NCBI GenBank assembly: GCA_965223505.1
Contig: CBDCWP010000021.1
Location: 224,001-288,000 of the forward strand
Origin: Planctomycetota bacterium
Lineage (GTDB): Bacteria; Planctomycetota; PLA2; JAEUHO01
Direction of reading: 5' to 3'
Length of the DNA: 64,000 nucleotides
Part shown: in pieces, positions 9,473 through 20,900 of the stretch
Layout of the letters: the number at the start of each line of letters is the position of its first letter
Position numbering within the stretch: position 1 is the first letter of the stretch
Made by a program: the position numbers and the translations under genes
The notes under the pieces: generated by a model
The model's input: the letters and a program-made list of their open reading frames with translations, nothing else
Database searches by the model: none
Told to the model about the DNA's origin: nothing

Positions 9473-11014
9473 CTACTTGAAAGCAAGGTCGTAAACGGGC
9501 GTGGGCCGAATCTGGGTCACCAGGCCGATCTGATCACGCACGTCCTTGCGGGCGTTGAACATGAGCCCGCCCGTGCTCGAGAAGTTGAACGACATGAACA
9601 GCACAGGTGGCGCAAGCGGATCGAAGGGATCCTCGGTGAAGATGCTGCCGTCGGGCGACCAGGAGATGCGACTGAACGCCGGAATGGTCGTTTGGGGAAG
9701 GATGTACTCGAAGCCGCCCGGCGTGAATCCGCGGATGAACAGCGTCTGCGACGTCGGGTTCGGGTTCATGACGTCGACCCAGTTGCGGATGCCGCCCCCG
9801 ATCGTCGGCTGGATCGGCAGGTCGGACACGTTCGCCTGCGGCGTGATGCGGCGCGTGCGAACGACGCGGTAGAAGCTGAAGAAGTCGGGGTCGTACTGAC
9901 GCGCGGTCACGTTCACTTCCTTCGGGAACGTGATCCGCATCCAGAAGTCCTGCTTCGGCGGATCGATGCCGATGTCGGGGAACAAGCCGTCGAGCACCGA
10001 GAGCTCTCCGAGCTCCAGCCCGATCGAGAGCCCCGGTCGCGTGGACATGTACTTCGTCGCAAACGGGTCCAAGCCGACGATCCGGGGCGCGGGCAGCAGC
10101 TGATTGCCGTTGCGGTCGTAGATGGCGCTCAGCGTCAGGAACTTGCGCGTCGTCGCGAAGTTGCTCAGCACCAAGCCGAAGTCGCAGTGGTTCAGCTCGG
10201 GATCGACACCGTGCTCGAGATCGAAGCCGAGGGTCACGTCCGAAAGCACCGTGTCCACGGGCTCGTGGAAGCGCTCCTCGTTGTGCACGGCGACGCTCTC
10301 TTCGCGGGCCGCGACGGCGTACCTGAAGGTCGTGCCGGCGGGGAACGAGCCGACGTCCGGTTCGACCTTGACCAGCCCGACCGTGCCCAAGACGACGGGC
10401 ACGCGCACCGAACCGGCCGCGCCGATCGGGACGACGGTCGGCGGGAAGGGTAGGCCGAACGGGTCGTACATCGTGACGGTGTACGAACCGGGCACGAAAC
10501 CGGCGCCGAGCTTGCTGCCGTTGACGATTTCGTACGACTCGGCGTGACCGGAGAGCGTCACGTGTCCGCCCGTTGCGCGCCAGGTCAAACCGATGGAGGC
10601 GTCGTCGAAGCCCCCGGGACGAACGCGGTCCATGTACGCGATGACGAACGACGCCGCGGGGCCGGTCGTCGTATCGACGTGCACCCAGCCGCCCAGCAGT
10701 ACCGGGCCCGTGAACGTCGTGAGCGGCACGCGCGTCTCACCTTGGGCCGGGACGACGATCGCCGTCGCCCCCGGTCCGTACGCCGCGCCCGCGGGCGTGT
10801 AGGCGGTCACGGTCACCGTGGAGGGGAACAGCGTGAGGTTCTTGAGACCGACGACCTGGCTCTGCGACTCTCCGACGCCCGGAATGAACGGCAACACGAT
10901 CTCTGCCGGCCCAAAGGAGAAGGTCTCGACGCCAGTCGCGTCGTCCGTGCCGCAACCCGGCCCGATCAGGCCCACGGCGAGTACGAGAATCAGAAGCGAG
11001 CGACGCGTGAACAT
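9473..11014 (-). CDS. Predicted lipoprotein with about four beta-sandwich repeats
   Basis: Start ATG 11014 after GGAGG; MFTRRSLLILVLAVGLIGPG-C lipobox; recurring N...(Y/F)(T/D)xxG motif. Confidence 0.7.
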   Translation of the reverse strand: MFTRRSLLILVLAVGLIGPGCGTDDATGVETFSFGPAEIVLPFIPGVGESQSQVVGLKNLTLFPSTVTVTAYTPAGAAYGPGATAIVVPAQGETRVPLTTFTGPVLLGGWVHVDTTTGPAASFVIAYMDRVRPGGFDDASIGLTWRATGGHVTLSGHAESYEIVNGSKLGAGFVPGSYTVTMYDPFGLPFPPTVVPIGAAGSVRVPVVLGTVGLVKVEPDVGSFPAGTTFRYAVAAREESVAVHNEERFHEPVDTVLSDVTLGFDLEHGVDPELNHCDFGLVLSNFATTRKFLTLSAIYDRNGNQLLPAPRIVGLDPFATKYMSTRPGLSIGLELGELSVLDGLFPDIGIDPPKQDFWMRITFPKEVNVTARQYDPDFFSFYRVVRTRRITPQANVSDLPIQPTIGGGIRNWVDVMNPNPTSQTLFIRGFTPGGFEYILPQTTIPAFSRISWSPDGSIFTEDPFDPLAPPVLFMSFNFSSTGGLMFNARKDVRDQIGLVTQIRPTPVYDLAFK

Positions 11015-11176
11015 AGAGCGACCTCCCCGGTGCGGTTGCAGATCCTCCCAAGCCGATAGGTCGCTCGCAACCTCGGGCATGCGCCGGATCACGTCCACCT
11101 GGGTGGACGCGTTAGCCCATTGTTCGACGGCGTCGGTCGGCCCGCCCCCGCGTTGGTGGATCGCTGACCGGGCCGG

Positions 11177-12007
11177 CTACTGCGTCGGCATGGGTGAGCG
11201 CGGCAGCGGCTTGTTGCCTTGCGGGCGCACCTTGCGAATCGCCTCTCGCTGGAGCTCGAGCGACGTCATGACCCGGCGTCCCTTGCGGCAGGTCCTCCAG
11301 CGAGCGACGGCGCTGAACGGCCACGTCGAGCGGAAGAAGTGCCGCCAGGCGCCTCGCGCCGTCAGGTGGTAGCGATCGTCGTTGTACTCGAGGCTCCCCC
11401 GTCGGGCGTGCGCATCGATCCAGGTGCGGATGCGCTTGGCCTCGCGCGCCTTGGCGTCGGGCTCGGTGGTCGGGATCGGCTCTTCATCGTCCACCGCTTC
11501 GATGCGGCTGTGGTGGGTGGCGAGGAGCGCCCGCACGTCCGGGGCGCGCGGAAGGTAGAGGAACGCTTGGCCCCGGCACGCGTCGAGCCGGGGGTACGTG
11601 CTCGCGTGAACCGTGATGACGTCGCGCCTCGACTCGAGCTCCGTGACCGCCTCGACCTCGACGGCGAGCCGGCGCCCCTCGCGCTTGCCGCTTCGTCGCA
11701 GTGTCACCGTGGCCTGCACGCGGCAGTGCTGCTCGCCGTCCAGGTACAGCACGGAGTACGCGACCTCTCCGGAGCGGTACTCCGAACGCAGGTAGCCGCT
11801 CGGCCGAAGCCCGGCTGCGTTGAGGTCGCTACAGGCCTGGTCCAGCGGCTTGATGGCGTGCTTGGGAAGCTCGGTTGCCGCCACGGTGTCCACGATCGGC
11901 CGCGCGTAGTAGACGATGCCACGCGAGATCTGGAGCATTCGCAGGAGCACCAGAAGGCACAGGGAGAAACCCGTGGCGCTCAGGGCGAGGATCAGCTCCA
12001 TCGTCAT
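11177..12007 (-). CDS. N-terminally membrane-anchored hypothetical protein
   Basis: Hydrophobic N-terminus; ATGA overlap with the upstream, similar ORF. Confidence 0.65.
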   Translation of the reverse strand: MTMELILALSATGFSLCLLVLLRMLQISRGIVYYARPIVDTVAATELPKHAIKPLDQACSDLNAAGLRPSGYLRSEYRSGEVAYSVLYLDGEQHCRVQATVTLRRSGKREGRRLAVEVEAVTELESRRDVITVHASTYPRLDACRGQAFLYLPRAPDVRALLATHHSRIEAVDDEEPIPTTEPDAKAREAKRIRTWIDAHARRGSLEYNDDRYHLTARGAWRHFFRSTWPFSAVARWRTCRKGRRVMTSLELQREAIRKVRPQGNKPLPRSPMPTQ

Positions 12008-12846
12008 GACGACTTGGCCACCAGGCCGTGGGACGGCTTCAACCCAAGGTTGTTCGTCGGCGGCGGAACGATCCGTACGGCGTGCGGTTCACCGATCGTG
12101 GCATCGATGCGATGGACCTGAAGCGAGAGCGCGGCGACCTCCTGCATGCGGCGCACCGCCTTGCGCTTGAAGGGCGGCAACATGTGCCACGTTGCCTTGA
12201 AGGCGCCGCCCCACGTGAACTTGTACGTGTCCGCTTCCGCAGGGCAGATGAAGCCGCAGCCTTCCATGGCCTCGACCCAATGCGCGGCGCCGCGCACCAG
12301 GGGTTCGACCTCTTGCCCGACCTCGGGCATCTCGGCGTCGATGGCCGGCCCTTCCGAACGGGCGCGAGCGCGGTGCAGGCGGTGCAGGAGCTCGAGGTCC
12401 TCGCAGCCGGCGTGTTGGACCACGACCTGGCCGCGCGGGTAGCCGAAGGGCGGCGGCTCCGCGCAGTTGTTGGTCAGGATCTCGCGTCCGCGTTCCCAGC
12501 GGGTGCAGAACTCGACCATGTTCGCATGAACGACATCCGGCCGACGGCCGTGAACCAGCGCGGAGACGGCGGCCATGTCGCTTGCGTCGCGGTCCACGTG
12601 GACTGCGACATAGGCGATCACGTCGCGGACCGACTCCAGGCGCACGCGTGCGACCTCCGTGTAGCCCAGCTCGAGAAGCTCTTCGCCGGCCTCATCGAGG
12701 GCGGCAACGGCGGCCGCGGGCGCGTCGTCTTCCATCGGCTCGATGAGCGCTTCGGCCCGGTGTCGGAAGCTCCGGCGTACGAGAATCGGGCCGACGACGT
12801 AGGGTGAAACCACCACGGCAACCACGATGAGCAGTACGACCAGCAC
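12004..12846 (-). CDS. N-terminally membrane-anchored hypothetical protein
   Basis: Hydrophobic N-terminus; similar layout to 11177..12007. Confidence 0.7.
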   Translation of the reverse strand: MLVVLLIVVAVVVSPYVVGPILVRRSFRHRAEALIEPMEDDAPAAAVAALDEAGEELLELGYTEVARVRLESVRDVIAYVAVHVDRDASDMAAVSALVHGRRPDVVHANMVEFCTRWERGREILTNNCAEPPPFGYPRGQVVVQHAGCEDLELLHRLHRARARSEGPAIDAEMPEVGQEVEPLVRGAAHWVEAMEGCGFICPAEADTYKFTWGGAFKATWHMLPPFKRKAVRRMQEVAALSLQVHRIDATIGEPHAVRIVPPPTNNLGLKPSHGLVAKSS

Positions 12847-12937
12847 GCCAGCCCCCTGGGAAGAACGACACAGGTCTCATCGACCAGCACGTCACCCGTG
12901 CTCAAGGGCTTTGGCCGAACCGCCAGAATTGGACGTT

Positions 12938-13660
12938 TCAGGCCCCTACGGGGGCAAACGGGACCTCGCCTGGGACTCCGTCGGCGAACCTGAACACCGG
13001 CGCGTCCCCTGCCGCGGCGGGCAGGGCAAGCACCGCGCTACAGACGGTCCCGCGCCGGTCGCCGCGCTTCAGGATGCGATGGTCGCGCGGCAGGCGCGTA
13101 CGGTCGTCGGCGGCGAGCCGCTCCAACCGGACCAGGGTGTCTTCGAGGCGCCGGCTCGGATCCGGCCGCCCGATGACCGGGATCGCCACCTCGTCCAGAT
13201 CGTGCAAGTTCGTGAGCACGTGCGCGCCGGGGCGTAGCCTCACGACGTCGGACATGATCTTCCGGCCACCCTCCGTTGCCGGGCCGTTCTGGAGGACGAA
13301 CGCGTCCGTGCGATCGCCGACGAACAGATTGAACCCCGCGTAGCGGCCACCCTGCCAGGCCTCGACGGCGGCGCGCGCGTTCTCGTACCCCAGCACGTCG
13401 GTGACGAGCAGGCCACGGCTGCGCAGCCCCGCCGAATCGATGTTGTCCGGGTCACGATTCGTGATGGCCGCGACCAGTCCGTGGCGGTTGATGCCCAGCC
13501 AGGTTCCACCCGCGCGTCGATCCCGCGGCGCGACCAACCCGAGCGCCTCATCCCGAAGGGCCGGAGGCTCGAACGGTCGATCGAAGTACTCGTCGCGGTT
13601 GGCAAGCAGGACGAGGGGGTAATCGTCGCGCGTGCGGTGGTGGATCAGGAGGAAGCACAC
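12938..13660 (-). CDS. NRDE/TANGO2 family protein
   Basis: N-terminal Cys (MCFLLI), ANRDEYFDRP, GGTWLGIN. Confidence 0.93.
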   Translation of the reverse strand: MCFLLIHHRTRDDYPLVLLANRDEYFDRPFEPPALRDEALGLVAPRDRRAGGTWLGINRHGLVAAITNRDPDNIDSAGLRSRGLLVTDVLGYENARAAVEAWQGGRYAGFNLFVGDRTDAFVLQNGPATEGGRKIMSDVVRLRPGAHVLTNLHDLDEVAIPVIGRPDPSRRLEDTLVRLERLAADDRTRLPRDHRILKRGDRRGTVCSAVLALPAAAGDAPVFRFADGVPGEVPFAPVGA

Positions 13661-13717
13661 CAGAAAAGCGTATGCGGCGACGAGATCGGAATCGAGGCGG
13701 GGACGTCGGAGCCGTTC

Positions 13718-14677
13718 CTATGCGGCCAACTCCGATGCGACCTTGGCGTTCACGTTCTCGGAGCGCGCGTCTTCGAGGGCGCTCTCCGCGACGGAGAACA
13801 GGTCCTCGAGAATCTCGACGCCCTCGGACTTGTTGGTCGCACCGCCGATCCGGATGGTGAGCGGAACCGAGCGTTGATCGACGGAAACGGGTTCGCTAGC
13901 GACCATCTCCTGGATGCGATCGATCAGCGAACGGGCGCCGTCGAGGTCCGACTGGACGGCCACGACCACGAAGCAGTCGCCGCTGTAGCGCCCGACGATG
14001 TCGTGATCGCGGACGACGGCCTTCAGACGTCGCGCGACGGCCTTGAGCGCCTCGTCGACCGCGACACCCGAGCTGTTCGTGCGCAACCCGTCCAGGTTCT
14101 CGACGTCGATCAAGAGGCAGGTGAGGGGCGAGCCGTAGCGCTCGCAGCGGCTCCACTCGCCGCTCAGTCGTTCGATGACCTGCATGCGGTTCCACACACC
14201 GGTCGCGGGGTCGATGAACGGAACCTGGGTCAGCTCGAGCTGGATCTCGTCGAGCATGCGCGACTTGACCTGAAGCTCCGCGCGGGCCTGCCCGAGCTCT
14301 TCCTTGGCCGACACGTCGCGCGCGCGCGGCCGGCCCATCGCGGCGACCATGCCGCCCTCGATCGGGAAGAACCGGTACTCGATCACGACGGCGTGTTCGG
14401 ACGCTGTTCCGTGCGGGACCTCGAGAAGGACCTCGTCACCACCGGCAGCTCGCACCAGCTCGCGTAGGACGCGATTCCGTGCGGACGGGACCACGAGGTC
14501 CATGAAGTCGACGCCGGGACGCGCCCTCGGCACCGTCCGCTCGAACGCCGGGTTCGCGGTCTCGATGCAGCGGTCGGAACGCAGGATCACCACCAGGTCG
14601 GCGGCATCTCTGAAGATCGTCTGCAGAAGTTCAGCTTCGAGCATGCTGTGGTGGCCTCGTCCGGACACATTCATCAT
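13718..14677 (-). CDS. PAS plus degenerate GGDEF domain protein
   Basis: PAS-like N-terminus, coiled linker, DPATGVWNR, RDHD I-site, SGDCF in place of GGDEF; start uncertain (14677 or 14644). Confidence 0.85.
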   Translation of the reverse strand: MMNVSGRGHHSMLEAELLQTIFRDAADLVVILRSDRCIETANPAFERTVPRARPGVDFMDLVVPSARNRVLRELVRAAGGDEVLLEVPHGTASEHAVVIEYRFFPIEGGMVAAMGRPRARDVSAKEELGQARAELQVKSRMLDEIQLELTQVPFIDPATGVWNRMQVIERLSGEWSRCERYGSPLTCLLIDVENLDGLRTNSSGVAVDEALKAVARRLKAVVRDHDIVGRYSGDCFVVVAVQSDLDGARSLIDRIQEMVASEPVSVDQRSVPLTIRIGGATNKSEGVEILEDLFSVAESALEDARSENVNAKVASELAA

Positions 14678-14774
14678 CGTATCGGTGAAGGTGACCGCTT
14701 TAGCGCATTCGTCCACCGCGGCTTGCGTGCGGAATCGAACACCCACGCGCCGCCATGGGCGCGGTTTCCCGCCG

Positions 14775-14918
14775 CTAGAGGGAGGGGACGCCCATCCGCT
14801 CGAGTCGCTCGTCGAGGGCCTGCGAGAGATCGTCGTCCAACGCGTCCCATGCGCCTTCGAGCCGCAGGTCGCACGCTTGCGCGAGGTAGAGATCCTCGGC
14901 ATGCAACCGGGTCAGCAC
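14775..14918 (-). CDS. Possible 47-aa microprotein or gene remnant resembling the LHAEDLYLA..C segment of some sigma-70-type factors
   Basis: GTG-start frame VLTRLHAEDLYLAQACDLRLEGAWDALDDDLSQALDERLERMGVPSL in the intergenic gap. Confidence 0.35.
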   Translation of the reverse strand: MLTRLHAEDLYLAQACDLRLEGAWDALDDDLSQALDERLERMGVPSL

Positions 14919-14959
14919 TCTCGATGAGCGGCTGCGGCGGAGGCGGAACGGCGCCGTAG

Positions 14960-17900
14960 CTACCGCGCGATCGCGTATCGGTCTCCCTTCGACACCACGA
15001 CGCTCGGCGTGGCGCCGACGCCCGGCGCTTCGAACACGCCGCGACCGTCGGTCACGCCCCGCGCCCGGATGCTCTTGCCGTCGGACACGGTGACGTACGC
15101 CCCACGCACCGGAAGGCCGTCTGCGCCCGTGACGTAGACACGCACCTTGTTGCCGACCCGCTGCAGGACGACCCTCAAGTCCGTCTTGATGACGACCGTG
15201 CTCGCTTCGTGGTCGCCGGCCTTGGCGACGACCAGCCACACCCCCGGCGCCTTGCCCTTCACGGGGAGCACCACATCGGCGTCGTGCGCGGCGTGGTCCT
15301 TGCCGTCCTTCAGCGCCACCGTCCATTGGTGCGCCGGGACGATGCCCGAGAGATCGACCTTGTGCAGATCGACGAGCGTCTTGCGAACGGCGAACAGCAC
15401 CTGCAGATCCACCGGGTACGCCTTCAGCTCGACCTCGTCCATGTTGCGGTAGCGAACCGTGAACGAGGTGCCGTCGGCGAGCGGCGCGGTGACCGTCTCG
15501 TCGATCGAGAACCGCTTCTCGGTCAGGAAGGCCAGGGCCTCGCGGGCGTCCTCGAGGTTGCCGGCCTTGCGGTACATTGCGATCGCCTGGTCGAGATCGC
15601 CGAGCACGTGGTACATGCGCGCCAGCACGTGGTAGGCGCGCCCGCGGAACTCGCTGTACGCCTGCGCGCCGCCGACGTGGACGAACTTCTGGTTCACGAG
15701 CGCCTCGGCCGCCTCGCGCACGGCTGCCGCCGCCTCCTCGCTCGGATCGCTCTCGAACGTCTGATAGCGACTGTCGGCGAGGAAGTACCAGCTGTCATCG
15801 ACGAAGTGGCTCTTCGGGAAGCGGCGTAGGAACGCCTCCGCATTGGCCGCGGCGCCGGTTGCGTTGCCCGAACGGCGAAGCGCGTCGATGAGCGCGTAGC
15901 TCGCTGGCGCCGCCATCGGCGTGTCGGCAAAGTGCGCCGTCATGGCCCAGAGCGCGTTCAGCGTCTCCGCGTCCATCGGCCGGCCTTCTTCACCGCCGGG
16001 CCGTCCCGCCGGCCGCTTGAGCTCCTGGTAGCGCTGTGCGCGTGCGAAGGCCGCCCGCGCGGTCGCGTTCGAGATCGGATACCCGCGCAGCACCATGCCG
16101 AGGCGGTCGAGCCCCTCGACCTCCCGGCCGCGTTGCGTGAGCGTCGACGACCAGTCGCTCTCGAGCGCGAAGCCGCGCGCGACGAGATTGCGGTAAAGAC
16201 CGTTGGCGACCTCGAACTCGTCGATGGCGTGGTACGCGCCGGCGATGGCCCGTTGGGTATCGAGGTCGTTGGGAATCCGGCCGGGATCGCGGCGCACCAG
16301 CTCCTCGCGAGCACGCACGGTTGCCTTGGCGTCCTCCGTGGCGATGGCGATGCGCAGCAGGAAGCCCTCGATCTCGACGATGATCTGATCTCGCAGCGGC
16401 TGCTCCTTGCGCAGCGACTCGAAGATCCGGCGGGCATCCGCATGCTGCTTCGCCCCGAACAGCGTCTTCGCGCGGTCGTACAGCTCGTCGGGTGTAGGTG
16501 GCCGCTCGACATCGGGGCGGCGCGCATCGTCCGGCGTCAGCACGCGAATCGAACGACCCGCGGCACGGCCGTGGAACTCGGGCGCATACATGCCGAAGGC
16601 GGTAGTGCCGAGCGCCGTGAACGACCCGAGGTGCGTCGCCTGCAGGACGTACTCGAGCACGTACGCGCCCTTCGGAAGCTTGCTGCAGAAGAACACGTGC
16701 CGGTTGTCACGGCGTTCCTGCCAGTCGAAGCGTCCCTTGGACGTGTCCGCCAGGACCTCGAAGCCCGCAGGGATCGGATCCTCGATCAGGACGTATTCGA
16801 GCTCGCGCGACGCGTGGAGCTTCAGGCGCACCAGCACCTTGTCGCCGGACGCCACCGCGTCGAGCTCCTGCGGCTCGACCTTCGGACGCGCGGCGGGCCG
16901 CAGGATCGTGTAGCCGGGCTTCACGCGCGGCGGTTGCCCCTCGATGGGCGCCTCTTCCGGACGCATGTAGCTGCGCTCGACGCGCAGGCCGTGCTCGTCC
17001 GCGGGCAGCGTCTCGGAGGCGACCACCGACTCGAGCCGGGCCGTCCAGTTCAGGCGACCCTGGCCGCGCAAGCGGAACGCCAAGCGGTGTCGGCCCGTGC
17101 GCAGCGCGTCGGCCTCTTCGATCTCGAAGCGGCGGTCGACGTACTTCATGGGCGCGGCGGCGGTTTGGACGGTCCGCAGCACCTTCCCGTCGAGCAACAC
17201 CTCGACCGTTCCGCCGAACCCCTGACCGTGCCCTTCGCCGACATATGCACTCGCGGCCCCGACGAACGCCGCGGCGTCCTTCGTGCTGCCCAGGCCGCGG
17301 CGACTCTGGTTGGCCAGCAACCAGTTCACGCCGCGCTCGACGTGCTCGCTCGCCGACTTCGCGCGAATCAAGGCTTCGACGGCGACGCCGGTCGCCTCCC
17401 GGTCGCTGCCGACGAAGCAGTCGCCCTTGCGGCCGGCCCAATGCGTCAGACCGTCCTTCTCGACCCGGCGCTGAAGCAGCACGCGCACCAGCTCCTCCAC
17501 GTCGAAGCCGCGGCCGAGACGTTTCGCGGCCATCGTCATCCACGCGAGCCCCGTCACGCTGAGGTCGTCGCTGCGGCGGCGGAACGTCGTCGCGTACCCG
17601 TCGCGTTGCATCTGGCCGGACTCGGCCAACGCGAGGTGCCCGAGCGCACGCGCGTCTTCGGTGCCCTTCGGCAGCATCTGCACGATGGCGTTGCTCGCCA
17701 TGGTGATGCTGCGATCCAACCCGCGAACGCCGTTCGCCCGCGCGGCCACGAGCCCACGGAGCGCGTAGCCGGTCATCGCGAGGTCGCCCTGCCCGCGCCC
17801 GAACCAACCGAACGAGCCATCGTCGTTCTGCAGGTTGCGTATGCGGTCCGCGCCGCGGCGGATGGCCTCGTCGAGCTGCCGCATCTTCTCGGCCGCCGGG

Positions 17901-20900
17901 CTGCCGGCGGCCCGCAGCGCGTTGCGCGCCTGAATCGCAGGCAGGAAGCGGTGCACCGATTGCTCGACGCAGCCGTACGGAAACACGTCGAGATAGAGCA
18001 GCGCATCGAGAAGCGCCTCTTCGACGCCGGGGTAGAGCGCGATGAACAGTCGGTTCGTTCCCGGAATCACGTTCTCCGGCACGTCCAGGAAGGTCTCCTG
18101 GAGCGCGCCGATGGTGGTGTCCACCACACCGCTGCGCGCATCCTGGACCTTCAACCCGCGCGCCTGCGTCGGAAAGGTCAGTTCGACGGCGTCGCCGCCG
18201 CCGTCGGAGAGCGCCGTCGCCTTGATCTCGACGCTGCCGGGATCCTTGGCCGCGAAGGCGCGGTCCGAGACGCCGCGCATGCCGTTGCCGATCTTCAACG
18301 TCTCGTCGTCACCCGACAGATCGATGCCGGTCGCTTCGACGCGGACCTCGACATCGAGCGCGCGGCCGGTGTTGTTGTGCACGACGGTCGGAATGGTGAG
18401 CGCGTCGGTCTGCGTGAGGAAACGCGGCGTGTCGACGCGAACGAGCACGTCACGCCTGGCGACCACGCCGCCACGGCCGGCGCCGACGAGCGCGTCCTTC
18501 GACACGCCGTGCGCGACCGCGCGCCAGGTGGTCAGGTTGTCGGGCAGCTTGACCTTGACGGTCGCCTTGCCGTTCTCGTCCGTCTCGACGGCGGGGAACC
18601 AGCCCGCGGTGTCCGCGAAGCGCTTGCGGACCTCGAAGCTACCGAAGCCCTGCAGACCGAATCCCTCTTGCAGACGACGGGCCGCGATGTCGCCGACCCA
18701 GCCGTCGGGCAACGCGACGTTGCGAACGGCCGCGCTGCGCGCAAAGTGCGCTTCTTCGAGAAGGCGCAGTCCTTCCTGGCGCTCGCCTGCGAAACTGCCC
18801 TTCTTGTTCTTGCTCGCATAGGCGTCGAGCTTGGCGTCGGCGCTCGGCGGCGCCGGCGGCGCCTTGTCGGCTGGCTCACGCATGCCGGGCGCAACGGCGC
18901 CGGTGGGGGCGCGGTAGCGTCCTCCGCCGCCACCGGAACCCGGCTTCCCCGACTTGCGGGGTGAATCCACCTCGAAGTCTCCGAACGACGGTCGAGCGCG
19001 TCGCGCCATGCCATCCGCCGCTCCTTCGAGGCGCTCGAGCGCATCCATCGCCTTCTCGGCCTCGACACCGGCGCGGTCCTTGCCTTGGAACGCGAAGAAC
19101 TTCGCCGCTTCGGGCCGCGCCCGCAGCTCGCTGAGCAACGCACGCGCGTCCCAGGAACCCGGGTCGGCCTGCATCGCACGCTGAGCCTGCGCGACCGCCT
19201 GGCCGACGTCACCGCGCCGGATCGATTCGCGGGCGAGGCGAATCGCACTCTGCGCGTAGACCGCCTTCGCGTTGCCCTGGCGCGCGGCGGCGTCGGCGAG
19301 CAGGTCCTTGCTCGTCTCGCGCGTCGTTCCGTAGAAGCGCGAGCCCAGCGACGAGGCCGTCATGACGGCGTTGACCCGTCGCTTGTCGTAGAAGTACGGG
19401 CGGATCGGGTCGGCGCGGTCGCGCGCGACGGCGTAGACGGTCTCGTCCACGAGCGCGAGTCCGACCTCGGCGGCGACCGGATTGCCGTTCGCGTCGCGCG
19501 TGACGAGCTCGACTTCGATCTCCTCGCCGGGGACGGCCGTCGCGGTCGCGACGTTCACGGATACATCGAGGTGCCGCAGGACGACGATCTCGGTGTCGGC
19601 TTCGAGCAGCGCGTCCTTCCCGGGGACGGCGATCTTGAAGTACACGTTCGGCGCGTGCTTGCCTTCGACGGGCAGGGCAACCAGCGTGCTCGTCCCGTCG
19701 AGCCGTAGGATCCGGTAGTCGAGCACTTGCTCGCCCTCGTACGTGAGCAACGCGCGCACGCCGGTCACCGGACTGTGAATCAACAGCTCCGCGTTCTCGC
19801 CCTCGCGATAGAGCGTTCGCGCGGCGACGAGCCGGGCGTGCTTGCTCGGATCCTCGGCCTCGCCGCTCGCCTCGACGTCGGTGTGCGCCATCACGAGGGT
19901 GCCGCGCCCTCCGTCGGCCTTCCATCGCAGGCGCCACCGGCCCGGACGCGGCACCCTGAGCTTCAGCTCCGCGCGTCCGTCATTGCCGGTGGTGAGCGCG
20001 TAGCTCGCTTCTTCGATCTCCTCGTCGCGCACGACGACCGGCCGTCCGCGGGGCGGCCCCTTCACGTCGGTCGCGACCTCGCTGCGCCGGAGTCGCAACA
20101 GGACGACCGAGCCGGAACGCGCAACCGGACGCTCGCGCGCGTCGACGGTGCGCACCTCGATCTTCATCTCCTGCTTGGGCCGGTAGACCTTGCGGTCGGC
20201 CTTCACGACGGCCATGTGATCGCCCCGCGTCACGGGGATCCGTCCCTGGTCGGAGATCCAACGCCGGGTCACGTCCTGCGCGCTCGCCTGGACGACGTAC
20301 TCGGCGTCCTGATCTTGGACCTTCGTGTCGAAGGCGATCCGGGTGACGCCGCCGTCGTCGGTGCGCGCCTCACCGCGCAGGACCAGCACCGCATTCTGCG
20401 TGCTCGTTCGACGCTCGGGCTTCGGCCGGTCGTCCTTGAAGTACCAGGAGTAGTCCTCGGCGCCCGACGCGCTGAACGTGCGCGGCATGCGATAGACCTC
20501 GTAGCGCACCGGCGCATCGACGACAGGACCGCCGAACGCGTACTCCATCCGCAGCGTCGCCTCGACCTTCTCGCCCGTCAGATAGACCGGCTGCTGCGGC
20601 TCGACGCGGATCGTGAATTCGGGCTTGCGATACTCCTGTACGCCGAAGGTGCCGCTCCACGTGCCGTGCCCCTTCACGGCGATCTGAACGCGCCAGTCGC
20701 CGAGCGGCGCGGCGCCGTCGAGGGCGAAGCTGCCGGAGAACGACCCGAACGCCGTCGAGGTGACGCGTTCGCTGCGCACCTCCTGCCCGCGCGCGTCGAA
20801 GACCTTCATGTCGGCGGCGTGTTTGCCGCCGTTGGTGTAGCCCCCCCCCGTGCCGGCGAGGAAGATCGCGCGCCAGCTGACCTCCTGGCCCGGCCGGTAG

